Part shown: piece after piece, positions 35,449 through 49,900 of the stretch
How the letters are laid out: every line of letters begins with the position of its first letter
Numbering within the stretch: the first letter of the stretch is position 1
Assembly: GCA_973851085.1 (NCBI GenBank)
Contig: OZ316775.1
Coordinates: 14,136,001 to 14,200,000 of the forward strand
Direction: 5' to 3'
DNA length: 64,000 nucleotides
DNA from: Ptychomitrium polyphyllum
Taxonomy: Eukaryota
Position numbers and translations under genes: made by a program
The notes under the pieces: generated by a model
Told to the model about the DNA's origin: nothing
Seen by the model: the letters and a program-made list of their open reading frames with translations, nothing else
Database searches by the model: none

Positions 35449-38400
35449 GAGGAATGGAACTTCACCAAACTCTTCAAAACTCTGAACAGCTTTAGCATTC
35501 ATTCATTCATCCATTCACCCACGGTTGACGTTTTTGGGCTTAATTCATCATTTGAATAGAAATCCTATTGCATCTTATTGATGCTTGGAGTGAAAACTAT
35601 TTTGTGGAAGATGGACAAACAAAGTTTCAAATAACATGATTCCTTTCCTGAAACCAAGAGTGTGCATTCTAGCTAAATGAACTAAAAATCAATTCAGAGG
35701 GAGTTGCCAACTTGCCACCGCGGGTGTTATCCACTGCGATGTCACAATCCCATAATGATTCCGCAACAGACCCGAGCACTCCCACGCAGTCAGCAGAATC
35801 GAAGCCACAGAAAGACTGCACACCTGCAAAACATTCACATGACTATGTTCTCAGAAGGGGAAATACTATCTTGCAGAGATATGCAGTTGGTCATGTATTA
35901 CATGCACCTGCACATTTCATGACAGGTTTCTACTTCCCCTGTGCATGAGCTTTTCAGAGTGTTTGCGCTTTGTCCGTCGGGAGCGGTCAAGTCCTAATTT
36001 GGATGTGGTATCTACTGATTCGCTGCAGTGCACTCTCGAGGACTCAATCTCAAACTCGTGCTCACTGGTGACCTTGCTTCTGCTGTCAAAGCATGCTTCC
36101 TGAACGCGTGCAGGTTTGAACTGGAGGAGACAGAGGCGGATGGCGTACAGCTAGAGATTGAAGAAGAAGCGCCAGTATGTTGCTCCAGCATCGGAGAGCG
36201 AGATCCATGGGATGTGAATTGTTCATCTGATATCCCAGGCTCCAGCTTCTTTCAGTGTGGTCAGTATTTGCCATGGAATATCCCATTTCGATGCCGTCAA
36301 GAAAATCGAATGCTCCCAAGTTTCACTACTGTGTATCATTCTCTTGCTTGTACCGGTTTTTCCTCCTTTATCCGGAATGATTTGCTTGGTATATCCTCCA
36401 TGGCGAATACACGCTGTGAGCTAAGTTGTCAGTGGGTTACGACATGCAAACAATGGCCTTGAAGTCATTCCAAGTGCTCAATATCTGCACCAATCTGCAA
36501 ATCTTAAACAGCATACGAAGTTTTCGTCACTTTGCACTCCATCTAGATTCTACTCTCATACACAAAAATCAAGGGTTCCAACGCTTCCTATATGGAAACA
36601 TCTTTATGAGACTAGTGGCGGCAAGTTGGAATGAGAACTCCAAGACTAAATACACACGATGCACGAGGGATTTTCTTAGAAAATCCATACATCCTATTGA
36701 ACAGTACATGTAATCCCTAGCCGGCACCACAATCAGCCACTGCAAGAAGTTGTGTAACCCCTCAATCTTGTGATAAAATGGACCTCGTTAACTAGCACCT
36801 GGATCCACGCTTAAAACCACATCAACTTTTAAACAGTGAAAACACTATTAGAAGTGAGGATAAAGGTCTTTTCCTAAGAACCAGTGTGAGCTCCTTTCCC
36901 AAACTCTTGACAAGGCTCTAATGCCCTCCTCCAAGGTGCCTCAAACAAAGCAGATGAAGAAGATGAAGAAGATCGAGTTCCTCTCTCGCTACCAACATGC
37001 ATAAGAATGAGTTCACAACGGGCTTTGCTACCTAGACTTACTCTTCCCAGGTATGTTTCTGTGGGATACAATTGTATAATGATTTCAAATTCCAAATGTA
37101 GAAATACCTGCATGAGTTCTCCCATGGTCTGCGAGCTCCATCGTCAAGTTGTTAGCTCACGTTTGTACTGGGTAGAACTGGGGCTGATTCCATGACCTGT
37201 TTTATGCATGATTTTTAGCTGTCATAAAAACATTTCATCAGGCTCTTGCTTATTTCTTGAGAGTCTTAGTACATGACAGATCTTGTAAATGTTCAAGACC
37301 AAATTCTCAAGATTAATTCCTCCAACTACCACAACATAAGTAGCATTGCTACATGAAATATTCCCATAGCCAATACTGAAATTGCTTTATTGTTTAAGTG
37401 CAAACTTGTTCTTTGATGCTGTATTTCATTATTGCGACCTCTCAAGATATGAGAGCTCCACGTAGAACAAGACAAAGGTAGCCTCTTGGAAACCTCAAGG
37501 ATCTTCCATTTCAAGGTTACAAAGAGAACACAAGTTTCAAAACATCCAAATGAAGAACATTTTCAACTACCAATGCCAAAACCATGCAAAGCATTGGAGA
37601 TGTAGAAGTGTCAAATGTCAAAAGTAGTCCACACCTACTTGTCCCAATGTGTTACACACACATATCAATCCAATATTCTACAACAAATCCCCATTAATCA
37701 ACCAAGCATTCAAGCTCCTCATTCCCATCCGTCTTTTCTCCTAAAATTCATCCAAAGAAGTGTGAAATTTGCATATTTCAAACATGCTTGAATCAACAAA
37801 TTCTAATATAAAATCATATTGCAACATGAAATCACATCTATTAATGGAAACATTAAAGCTACAATATAATACCACCAACTGAATTGTGCATAAACTGAAG
37901 AGGCCATGTGCAATTAGAATGGTCTCTAGGAAGAGAGGCTGTAAGACAAAAAAGGATAGAAATTTAATATGAAGATGGATAGTCTATCAAATTGCACAAA
38001 GGAAGAGCAAGTCATATACGAGCAGGAAAGGCAATAGTAAAAGCAAGAGAGACAAACATGGTGTAAGTGCATACACAGATGTCAGGAGAAGTGCAAGGAC
38101 AGAGAATGCAAGGGTCTATAGGGCTAAAACTGTAAAGTCACATTCAAAGTAATCCAAACCATCCTCCTTCATCATATACATGGTAAAAATTTATAAGCTT
38201 AATATCTAGCATGTGTATTAATAGTGTTTTCCTAAAGGAAAGATTTGATAGTTACAGCGTATGAAGACATAAATCTAGTTTGCTGAAATGGAATACAAAT
38301 TCCCTCACTATTCAAAGAAATAAACTTTTCACAATGAATTATATCTTTTGAATGATTGAAAAAGTCCCTTTCGAAAGTTCACAAGGGCCGTTAAGAAACA

Positions 38401-38620
38401 TCCGGGATTAGGGAAGTAGTGAACAAGCACTAATGTTAACAACAGCAAAAATTAATAAAAAATTACAATTATATTTCCAGGCAGAAACCCTTACAAAATG
38501 TACCCAAGTCACTAAAGAGTCAACAACAACACCTCCAGGCGTTTCAAAGAAATGACATACAAGCTTATAAACAAAGTACGAAGTGCTCTGACGTGCACAG
38601 CGAATCCCAGCAGCTCGTCT

Positions 38621-40544
38621 TCACTGGAGTGTGGCATGCTTCACAGACCACTTCCCATCGCCAGTACGGTGGACTTCCGACTTAAAGTGTTCCTCCTTGG
38701 CGCCCCGCTTGGTCTTCAAGAGCAAATCGAAATTTGCAGATTCATCGTTAAGCTGTAACAACATCGAAAACCAAAGTCACCCTAATTAGTTAAAACATAC
38801 AACAACAGTTGGCTTCAAACTAGACATTAATAAAAAGAAGAAAAAGAATAAGAATAAGATTAGCGAGTGGTAAGTATCGAACTCGCCAAACATCACAGAA
38901 ACGGATACGATGGTGGGCAAAAAGGTTCAAATATTTAATCACTCATGAATTTGAAGTAATCCAGTTCCAGAGAATAATGGACCTAAAGGAACGATCAGAT
39001 AGCTACACATAGATTTACGAACATTTGTGTTGCTATCCAAATATTCTAACGTTTTTGTAAATACAGCAAGAGACAGCACAGTTGTGCAATCTACACCAAG
39101 GTGTGCACATATTTGGGTCAGCCCTCGTTAAGTACACAACAATTCTAGAGGAATATCCCAATTATAGAATATGTTCAACGAACGAAGGCCTCAGACTAAG
39201 GGAATTATTCTAAACGCTCTCTAGGAGGGGGCGTTTCGGATGGCAAAGCCTAGCGTTGTTTGACAGCTCTAGAAAGGGAAGCAGAAGTTGGTTACAAACA
39301 GGCTACCTCTGCTTCTGCAGACACGATTTCGCTAAGCTCATAGGTGGCAAGGGAGTTCGAGCCCTGTTGCAACATGCGCACTGCGTGCTCAGCTGCCTCC
39401 TGCACGACTGGGTCGTCGGTTGGCACAGTCTGCTTGCCCGTTGGAGGGCCGTGACTGTGCCTGCTGACTTTCGTGAGGGGCACTCCTACAACGGAACACA
39501 TAACCCAACTAATTTTCAGAAACAGACCAAGACTTCAAATGCAGGATAACTTTCCCCAGATTGGAAAGACAGGATATGCAATATAGCGGCACTTGGAATT
39601 AGTGTCACCAGATTGAGGTGACTACGCATATTCCCTGTTCACTGCGAAGAGCGAGCCAACAGGGAAGGAAACGAGGGGTGCGCACATGGCTATCAACCTG
39701 TGGACTTGACACCCAAATCAGCGGAGGTTAACCCACCGTCTTTGGGCTTGAACTCCTCCAATTTCTTTGAGGCGCCTCCTGGCTTCACCCACACCTTGGC
39801 CTCGTACTGCTTGGGTTTGCTGCCCTCCTCCACCTCGATCACCATGTGGTACATGAGACCCGACACCACCTGCTTGTGGCATGACACCACCTTGGAGAAG
39901 TTCATCTTCTCCAAACTATTCTGTAGAACAACACACAACACACACCAGAAAGCATGGTCAGACTCAATCAAAAGAAAAACAAAGAAACCCGATGCACTTT
40001 CCAAGAAAACGAGGCCACCGTTAGGCAAGCGAAAAACAAAAATGCAGTGCATCCAAGAGCTAAAACGACCACAAATTGTTCCCAAAAAGGAGAGGTCAAA
40101 TAGCTATACTCACAATTTCGATACAAACAACGCAAATCCCTGACTCCCAAAAACACAAAGGAAACAGAACAATTCAAGCTCCTTCGAAAAACCGCCAGAA
40201 ACGTGAAACTCTCAGAACAAACACACCAAAACCAATCACTCTGCACATCTAACAGCCCAATACCGACCCAAAATACAAAAAACAAAAACTGCCCCCAAGC
40301 ACAACCCCAACTTCTCCACAAACCCTCCCTCCCCCCCAACCCCAACCCCACACACCTGGCGGTTGTTGTGCTCCGAGACGGCGAAATTCGCCAACTCGTC
40401 GATCTCCAAGCTGTTCGTGTCGGACACATCAACCTCCTTCTTTCCGCCCAACATGGTGACCGCCTCCAAGCTCCCCAAAAACAGCAAAGCGACCACAAGA
40501 GCACCACAGAGAAAAAAACCACTCCTCCGCTCCCCAAACTGCAT
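38621..40544 (-). CDS. C-terminally extended phytocystatin (cysteine protease/legumain inhibitor) with signal peptide, 240 aa
   Basis: Exons 40356-40544, 39698-39920, 39307-39485 and 38621-38752, phase-consistent. Hydrophobic signal, LGG trunk, LANFAVSEHN, QVVSG, YEAKVWVKP, linker LTSADLGVK and a second domain with SNSL (legumain-inhibitory motif). Confidence 0.93.
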
Positions 40545-40778
40545 AAAACTCCCGTCTGAGCTCCGGAAACTGATCAATGGCACGACTAACTGCAAGACTG
40601 GCCTGTGGCGTCGCCAACTAGAACATAAATGTAGCCTCCCAGCACTCGATCGTCGCGTTGGATCCGCTTCCCACGCATCCGCATCGATTCTCTCACGCTC
40701 GCTCTCTCTCGCTCGCTGGTCTGCATCCACCCCACCTTTGCCGTGTGAACGCAGCTTCGCGAGGGCCTCTGCTCCGCT

Positions 40779-40807
40779 GCCACGTAGCTCCTTTTTCGCC
40801 ACGTGGC
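40779..40807. promoter_or_regulatory. ABRE/G-box pair upstream of the cystatin gene
   Basis: GCCACGTA at 40779-40786 and palindromic GCCACGTGGC at 40798-40807, about 240-260 bp upstream of the ATG. Confidence 0.5.
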
Positions 40808-43800
40808 GGTGCGCTCTTCTGTGATTATTGTCAACTTCACAACAAACCTCCAGCGTTGGCTGTTGCGACTCAACGCCGCTGAGGAATCTATCGCGAGAGT
40901 TCTCGCTGCGCCCAAAAGTAACACTTAATGTACTGAATGCTGACATTTCGCGGCGTTGGAGTCTTGGAAAGCGTAGAGGTTCTTGAGTTCCTTGCAGTGA
41001 TGGAGGTGTATTAGATTCTCTATGGCTTTTGTAGATTTTAGGAAGTGTACGGTGTGGTTTTGGTGGATAATGGAGGTCACTGGGTTTGGTCGTCTTACTG
41101 GAGTTGTACTTGGTAAGTTATAGCTTGAGTTGTATTTAGGTCCTGATATTTTTGAGCTGGCGTTGTTACCACCTGGTGGTGAGGGTTTGCAGTCTGAACT
41201 GTACTTTGGTTACCACCGTGATTGGCGTCACCACAATAATCCAATAAATCTTGTAAGTTTTGAAGTTGAATTACGTTGTAATAGTTTTTAGCACTGTGAT
41301 GGACAACACTACACTGAAAATGGCATTTAGTGTGTTATGGCATTTGCTGTTATAGTAAAGCAGTTCATAGCTGACATTATTCACAAACAGATATACAGTA
41401 GACATGTACTGTCTAACCTCTAAGTGACATGGAAAGGAGGCCTCAATTTGACTGATATGTTTCTGTTATGCCAAGTAGTAGATTTGACAGGCGTCTTGTT
41501 GTCAAACTATCAAAGGTGACTAAGCAAAAAATTTCAAGTATCAACTTAAAGTTGAGAAGGGATTTAACATTAGGGGTGTTTACAGATAAGAAGGAGCGTG
41601 TCAGTTGTTCACTTATTTCTATCCTATAGGAGCCATTAACAAGAATAAGGGGTAGAGAGGAAGCATGGATAGGCCGTTCTTACTTGAGGTTTGTTGATAT
41701 TTATTGAACTTGTTAGAGTTTTTTGTGACTTGTCTATTTTATTCCAAAATGTGGATGAGTGAATTAAAGTATACAATTGGAATATGTGTGTCAATTAAGT
41801 GGGTGAAACTTTGTAATATCCAAGCATGCACTCCAATTATAAATATAGAATGACATGAAAGTATAGGTGATACCACTTTGTGAAATTTTTGGTTGGAAAA
41901 ATGGTTGACTCTACAAATAACTTTGGTAGCAAATAATTTGATTTTCTAATTTTATATTATAAGAGTAGGAAGCTTTATGATGAGCTTCCAACAATAAATT
42001 TTTTTTGTCCATTAGGAGCGTTTAAGGTTTATGAATATCCACTTGAGTCATTTATTCCTATCAATAAAGCTTCATAGAGAAAAACATGGGAAAAGTATTA
42101 AACACGGGCTTCTTCAAGACACTTATTGTTTATGGAAATGCAAAGAGTACAATGAAAAAAAAGCTTTACTCATTGAAAGCTCATCTTGCAGCCTCCTATC
42201 TTCCAAAAATCCAAAGTTAGCAACTATGGTCTCATTGCCAATGAATTCAATACATCTTCTGTAAAGGCTTGTTGCATGAATATTATAGAAATGGGACATG
42301 TCATATCCTCTCTGAGTATGGTAACTGTAAGTGTATATCACCTTTTGGCAATTTATTCTACATACATGCTACTTTGAAAAGATATACTAACACACTGCTC
42401 GAGAATATCATGTTTCCAAAGAAACATTTTTGGTATTTTTAAAATACTAATAAAGCGGAAAGAAAAACTGGATTATCCATGTGGGTCGCGCTATCTGTCC
42501 TCATGAGGTAGCAGAGTCTGTAAGGCATATCAGCATCTACACTTATTTCTATCTGCCGAATCAGCATCTGCACTAGAGATACCAACATAGCCGCAGCTTT
42601 TGGAGCACCTCTAACTTTTTATTCGGTTGACCTCTGAGCTTTCGGCTGGCGTACTCCCTCCTCAACTCAGACTGCCCACCCACTTTCTACTCGCTTGGGG
42701 GGCAAGCGTGCTGTTGATCTTCTACACTTGGAAAGTTGGAACTTGGAGGCATCCACTGAGGTCGACTGTCCTTAACCACAACTGCATTGTACACTTTTCG
42801 TGGAGCCACCAATTGGAAAAACCATTTGGTGAATTTGCAAAGAAGTAAGCAAACTACTGAGATGTCAAATACTGAGAGGAAGTCGGTGGTGGTTTAAGGT
42901 ATCATGAGTGGAAACTAATATCATATACTTGTGGATTCCTAAGTACTTTTTACTTTTGATAATTATTTTTGTTTTAATATTGGAAATAAAATTGTAAAGA
43001 ATTTACATTCCAAAAGATTTTCCTGAAGATAGAGGTGCAAGAAATAGCTCAGATTGCTTAGGTGGTTGTAGGACAGCCGACTATAAACTTGAGACCTATC
43101 TTCTGGCCCACCCAGGTGCGTGCATTCCCCTTTGGCACAGGCCCTCGAGGCCCAGTGATGAACAATTGTCAAATAAGTGCTTGCTTGCAACTGCCCAAAG
43201 ACTGACAGCGTCGTTTAAATTAATTAGAAAAAAAACTAAAATGCTCTCAAGTTTGTGACACTGCAGAATGCGGTGCTTGGTCATTGAGTTACTTAATTGT
43301 CGCGTTGTAACTCAGTCTTCGTATTGTAGCTGTATTTTCGGTGACGTTACCTTACTGAGCACGCAACAGACCACTGCCATACACTCATTACAAGTAAGTG
43401 GTAATTCTTATTAGATTTGCAACTGAGTATGTTGTAAATATCTTGAATGCAGGAGTTGCCGGTATCTTTCTTGCACTCTGAACGCCATGTGCCTCTCGTG
43501 TGTGTGCTTAAAAGCCACCATTTTCTGGAGACTCTATCATGCCCAAATAGAGACAATTGACAATTACCAAACAGACTATCCCGCAGATTAGAGTTGCTAC
43601 TCATCTACTTAAAATATCCCTTCCCTCATACTACGTGTGCTTCAGAACAATATTTAGAAAAAAATGAAACCTACAACTCGATGTGGCTGACCGGTAGGGT
43701 ATGTGGTTAACGCGCTCGTCTGACACTGCGTTATCCCAGATGAAAAGCTTTGTAAAAGGAAAATGCCAACTTCTAAAAAGTTCGTGAAGGAAAAGAATCA

Positions 43801-43955
43801 GGGATCATTCAATTTCAACAAATATGCTACACCGAGAGCACTCCCATCAACACGGAAGGCTAACAAGATTGAGTAATCTACAATATTGCTGCACCATGTG
43901 AACAGAAACGTGCAAATAATTGCATCAAAGTTACCTCTTAAACAAAACACACTAG

Positions 43956-46900
43956 CTACAAGCCTAGCTCTGTACCAACAAGCATAAGCAGTGCTTGAAG
44001 AAGCTCCCTCACTTCCAGTACCCTGCCATAAAGGAAAACAACCTTGTATTAGCACCAAGTTCGATATTAGTGTTACACAAGACATTCAGGTGACTACTGA
44101 AGGTTGATATTGATTTGCAATTAGAGCATTCGGTTCCTGGATGAATTCCACGTAGAAGAAAATACTAACCACGTGTGTTCAGAAAAGAGAGAGATGATCA
44201 TACCTTGTTGTTAAAAGTTCACAGAAATTTATGTAGAGAAGAAATAGGTGAGCTCGTTCAAAATTGAGATGTGGTTGTAATTTCATATTATGGAAAGTGC
44301 TGGAAGAACTACTCAATTTAAGTTCTTGCTCATACTGGTTTTGCTCAGGTCTAACTTCGCTATAGCGAACTGGACGACTAAGATGCATAGCAGTAAGAGG
44401 ATGCAAGACAAGATTTGCAAGCCCTTTAAGGACAAATGAAACTTCATCCATTATAATCTGTGGGTGCATGGAGTTCCCTGCACAACAAACCAGAAAGCGT
44501 ACATCATCATCAACAGGATTAGACGCTGTGCTCCGTTCTGACACCTTTCTACAGAATGACCACCAATAGGATATTACGAAGCTCATGAATACTGTTCATA
44601 TATGGCGCATGCTGAATGAAATGTATAATCATCTCGATAGTTGCCAGACCATATAAAGCCGGATAAGACAGATGTATATTGTCCATGGTGTGGAAAACAT
44701 ACCAGCTTGCTTCTCAGTTTCTGCAAAATGATGAAGAATGGCTGTGCACCGAGCTAGCAAGATAGGTACGGCGATTTGACTAACAATGACATTTGAAGAT
44801 TCACCTGTTAAGTGAGGCTCACAACTGCAAAAGACACAAATAAGAATGTGCATGCGTTCCATTGGTCCTTGAGGTGTTGGGGTCGAATTCGTATACACGC
44901 TGCAGAACTAGAAAGGTCGATAGCGAGAACAATATTCTGAAGATGGAATTAATAAAGAAGGCGACAGAAATATACTTGCTCAAACATAGATAAAAAAGAA
45001 GCTATAAACAAGCTTGATGTGCTTGTCAAGGTAGGCAAGTAGCGGAGCATATACAAGAAAAACCAGTAAAAATTGAGAAGGATGATTTCACCTGCAAAGA
45101 ACAAAGAGCTTCTCCAAACAAGACAAAGAGAATCGGCCACAGTGGGCGGGTAGAAGAACAACACTTGCAAGAGGTAAAGCTGAGGTTCTTGCTGCACATT
45201 GATCAATGACTCCCACTAAATGATGCAGAACCTGTTCAAAAACCACGTAGAATATATAAACTACTTCTTGAACTCTCAGAATGGTGCTCAAGTACAAAAG
45301 CTTAAAACAAAAAAACCATTCTAAATTTGCCTTTAATAGAATGAACTGGTCAGTCGACGTAATATTCACCCTCCAGTATCTAAGTCTCGTTGTTACAATT
45401 TTACAGATTGAGATAGAGCTCTTTATGGCATATACTCCAATCTCAGGTAGCTACATACATCTGAAGATATTCGACATAACCAAATTCTCTGACCCAACAT
45501 AGGAGAATTTCATTTAAGGAACGTGTATACTTATCCTATCCCACCTTGCATTGTAGTAGCTATAAACCACATGGTCACATGCTGCTGAGGATAAAAAACT
45601 AAGAGAAACAAACTTACCCAACACGTTGGTAAATTACATCTAAGCCCACTGACAGCTGCTGCAGTACAATACAAAGAAATGTAGAACTACGCTTTGCAAG
45701 AATACTCCAAACATATACAGATGAATCAGCAGCAATTCGTACCTCACGGGGTGCATCTTGACAACAGGTCAGAAGCTCATCAGTAAGAAAACATAGCACC
45801 ATGTTCTCCACTTGTTCATCAGCATCCAAAACTTCTGGTTCAATAATTGAACCAGCCGGTAGAGGAATGGCTCGTCCACATGCTCCCACCATAAATTTAT
45901 CATACACATCTGCAACTTCCTTCCAAAACCTTGACCTGATGGTTCCACTAGCAACGAGATTGCCCTGGGCAACATGATGTTCGCTATCCGCAGTATCGCA
46001 GATCAAAGCGCTTCGAAGTACAGAAATAAAGGCATCCACTGCTGTCTTCCATAACTTTTCATTTGGGCTATCTCGACGGGTAGCCATGCATCTGGTCAAA
46101 ACAACACGGTTAGGACACTTAACGAAGCAGAAAAATTGCAAAAATAACGTCTATGACAAGCTCCTAATCATCTGCTGTATTTCAAGAGCATAAATTAGAT
46201 ATCCCAAAGTCACATACCTTCCAAACGCAGCAACAATGTCAGGTATACCAGTTGCTGTGGCAGTTGGCGGACAAGCCCGATGTAACTCAAGCAAAACCTT
46301 GATTAACTTCTCCGAGAATGCCGCAGAGATAGTTTGAGATGACCTTTCAGGAGCAGCAACACCAAGTCGTTGCGTTGAAGATCCGTTCCCATGCACTTCC
46401 TTATCCTTGGTTGAATCATTTGGATTTGACACCATAGAGGAACGCCCATTTGCTTTTGAGGTGAGAAATTTGAACAAGCTTCTATTGCTATCCTCTAACT
46501 TTACGTACTCTGCTTGGGCCAACACTGCTTTCGCGTGGTTCCCTTCTGGTAAGTATGATAGGACTTGATAAATAAAAGTAAGCCATAATGGAGAAAGATA
46601 GTCATTAGCTGGCTTTATGAGGGGTAGAACGGCAAGAACCGTCTGCTGAACCTGCGAACAAACAAAAAGATTACACATTTAACGAAGGAAACATCTTGAC
46701 GCGCCTTCAGCACTTCTCGATCAAGCATTTGGGAGGGTAAGCATGTGTATAGCAAATAACAACCTACAGAGGCAACCTAAATGTGTTACCTGACTAATTG
46801 CTGCCAAATCTCCTGGAGGAGCTGGGATCCAAACAAATAGATCCACCAGAACTAGCAATCGTAAATAGCAACTTGTTGAGAATAGCAAATGTCCGTTGTT

Positions 46901-49900
46901 ATAAAGATCACCTGCAGTCAACCAAACAACTCATTTAGGAAAGGTAAGATAAGGATGGCAAATAAATTAGTACACCATCACTACATGCATTCATGGGAGT
47001 CTATGTCCTTCGTAAGTCTATTAAAGGAAATATTTCTTATTTACGCGATCAGTTTCAACACATACCTAGGCTTTGTAGCAGTTCCTTTTGAGCCTTTGGA
47101 ACCACTCGGCTGTCAGGTTGAATAACACTGGGAACTATTGATTCATACATTGAAAACGCAGCCTCGAAATATTGGGGTGGTAGGTTATCCTGCAGAAAAT
47201 TGAACAAAATATGTGACCAACGTACACAGAAAAATACATTGCAGTGACAGTTTAAATACATGACTATTTGGCCTAGTGTGGTGGACAGCTGACATCCTTT
47301 CAATATCATCACGTGTGCAGCTCATATTACCCTGGTTAGTCTCGATATTCATGGAGCTCTTTTCATTGTACTGCGTATATATTACCATTACCATAGAATT
47401 TCTGAACATAGTTCAACACTCAGAACTTCTGACATGAAGTTGTGCTAAGAAATAGCAATAAGAGCAATGAATGCAAATAAGAAGCGTAAAAGAGAAAATT
47501 CAACCTGTGGAAATATTGTTACCTTAGCAGCTTGAGAAATAAGAAGAGGATTAAGAGATGCAATCGCTGCCAAGGAAACCTCCTTACTGCCATGTACAAT
47601 ACTTTCCCCAATAAATGCAAGAAGTATCGCCCATCCTGCATGCACTCAAGGATAGCCCAGACTGAGTCTAAATAGACACATGTGGGCAATTATAATCACC
47701 ATACTTTAAGAAAAGACACATCAAATTTTCAGTAACATCAAACAGAAGCTCGCTACTAGAATTATTGTAAACTGAGCAAAAGAGATAGTTGACTCTGCAT
47801 CTTTTAGGGAAACACTTACGATGCTTGAAATCGTTTAGACTTTGGAAAACCTTGAAGTAAGATTTCAAAAGACGACTTGTGCCACCAAGCACTAAGACCA
47901 AAGTTTCATCCCACTGCTTTTGAGCTGTGTTTCGGCTGTCAAACAAGGATACATAATGTTAATGGCACTAGTATAAAAATTGGGGCAAACCTATTGCATA
48001 AGAATGATTTCAAAGAGATCGATTTTTTTATTGATTCTATAGTCACCTCGATTAAGAGCCTGTAGATACGATCATGAGGAACAAGTCAATTTATTTGTCA
48101 AAAAAACGGCGGAACTTGGCCAAAACAATCCCATGGAAAGAGCAAAAATGCGTTCAGCAGAAAAAATTACCTGTGATGAACAAGCATATGAACAGGTTTG
48201 CCTCCTTCTGTCCCAAGCTCCTTTCCATGCCACTCATCTTGTGATGAAGTTGATGCCTATAAACAATCCAATCACCAAGATTCAACACAATTATACTTAG
48301 TTACAACTGCTAAACTTAGTTAGTGCACTTGAACTAAGAAATTCAAGCATAATATGGGAACTATCATTACTATCAGTAAGAAACTTAAACAGAAACTGAT
48401 GGACATGCATACTGACCAGCGTTCGTACAGTCTCAACCATTGGGAACACCAAAACCCCAATACAGTGCTCCCACATAGCCGTTGACAGTTGATGTCCATG
48501 GCTACTCATAGACTGAAAGAGAGTGCGAATAGCAGAATGACGGATCTGGAAAAACAGATGCGTAGATATCAACACAACAACAATTGCGTGCTCATAAGTA
48601 TCACATCTTTCACTTAGGAAATTCTATTTTATGTGACGACACTACAACGGTAATTAGTGTAGAAAGAGCGTCTGTATAAGTCAGGGAGATGCTCTATACG
48701 CATTTAACTGAATGAACTTCACTCCAGCATGATTGAGTAAAATAACCTGTTGATGAATTAAACCAGAAACGACGAAATTGGATTGGATCACTCTAATCAG
48801 TAGAGCAAATGTGAAATTGATAACAAAAATACCATGAGGATATGTAACAAACAAGAAGAACCCCTCAGGTACTTAGTGCCGATGGATGACATCGAAATGT
48901 GATTCAAATAACATCGTTGTATAAAATGTTGCAGAAGCAAACCAATCAATTTCCACAGGACCGATTCCATGCGAATTTCTCAGACAGTACCTCGGGCCTT
49001 TCATCAGTGATGAATCCTTGAATCACGCCATAAACAGCCAGCAAAAGTGCATCATTATCCACGTCAAGCCTTTTGTCAGGTGTTGACTCAGATGCTTCAA
49101 CGTCAACCTCACTTTCTATGTCAAGCCTCCCAACATCTGGTGAGCTTGAGATATTTATTGCAGTGAAGTGGCCACTCATTCGTCCTACACCATGTTCATC
49201 AAGCACGAGCAACATATCAGTCAGTATAAGCAGCCAATAAAGAGATCACTGGATACTTACATATTGATTTATTCCTCACTAATATTATCCTGCGAAACAT
49301 AAACTCATCCATGAGAAAATATCCAAATTCAAAATGACTTGACAGGAACATACGGAGTTCTTGTATTTTGCAAAAATCATGATTAACCCCTCTTGCAAAA
49401 AAATCAGCCGTTGTCCATAACGCTCCTATAGCTGTCAAGCTAATGTTCACATCCTTCTTTTGGACTACATATGCTCCACCAACCTCGATACACCTGCGAG
49501 CAGTACAACAACCTCTTTTAGACATCTTAAATTTCATGCAACTAAGTACCTCAAATGTTTAAAACTAATGGAAAACTATCAAACTGAAGGTCATGAAACA
49601 AAACATAATCTTCGCAACTAAACTAAAATTTCCCGGAAAATAAAGACAAGAATAGGTCTAAAAATATCCCATAAAAAGTCGAGGTTAGCAATGAACTCTT
49701 ACAGTTCTAAAGCATAAGCTGGTATTGTGAGAAGCCCATCATTCATGATAACACGAAGATTCTGCATCAGAAGATGAGTGAGATACACAAAACAGACGAG
49801 CTTAATATCCAGCTTTTGAGACAGGATGTTAATGTTTCTTATGTGATCTTATAGGTGATATTATATGACCTTACCTGAAACCCCAGCGGAACAAGATCCT

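Noticed and set aside
36010..36485. Multiple in-frame TGA codons suggesting selenocysteine recoding
   Set aside because: Land plants lack the Sec machinery and the context is not redox-motif-like; mutational decay or chance explains it.
37042..37058. Apparent 17-nt micro-exon on the minus strand
   Set aside because: The upstream intron would be only 49 nt, too short for a typical plant intron, and no coherent reading frame results.
41305..41510. Small inverted repeats (ACACTGAA/TTTAGTGT; TTTGACA/TGTCAAA)
   Set aside because: Stems are too short to exceed chance in AT-rich DNA, and there is no match to a miRNA I recognise.
43688..43740. tRNA-Val-like 5' half (GTAGGGTATGTGGTTAACGCG...CTGACAC)
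   Set aside because: The anticodon stem does not pair, and there is no T-loop (GTTCGA) or acceptor stem.
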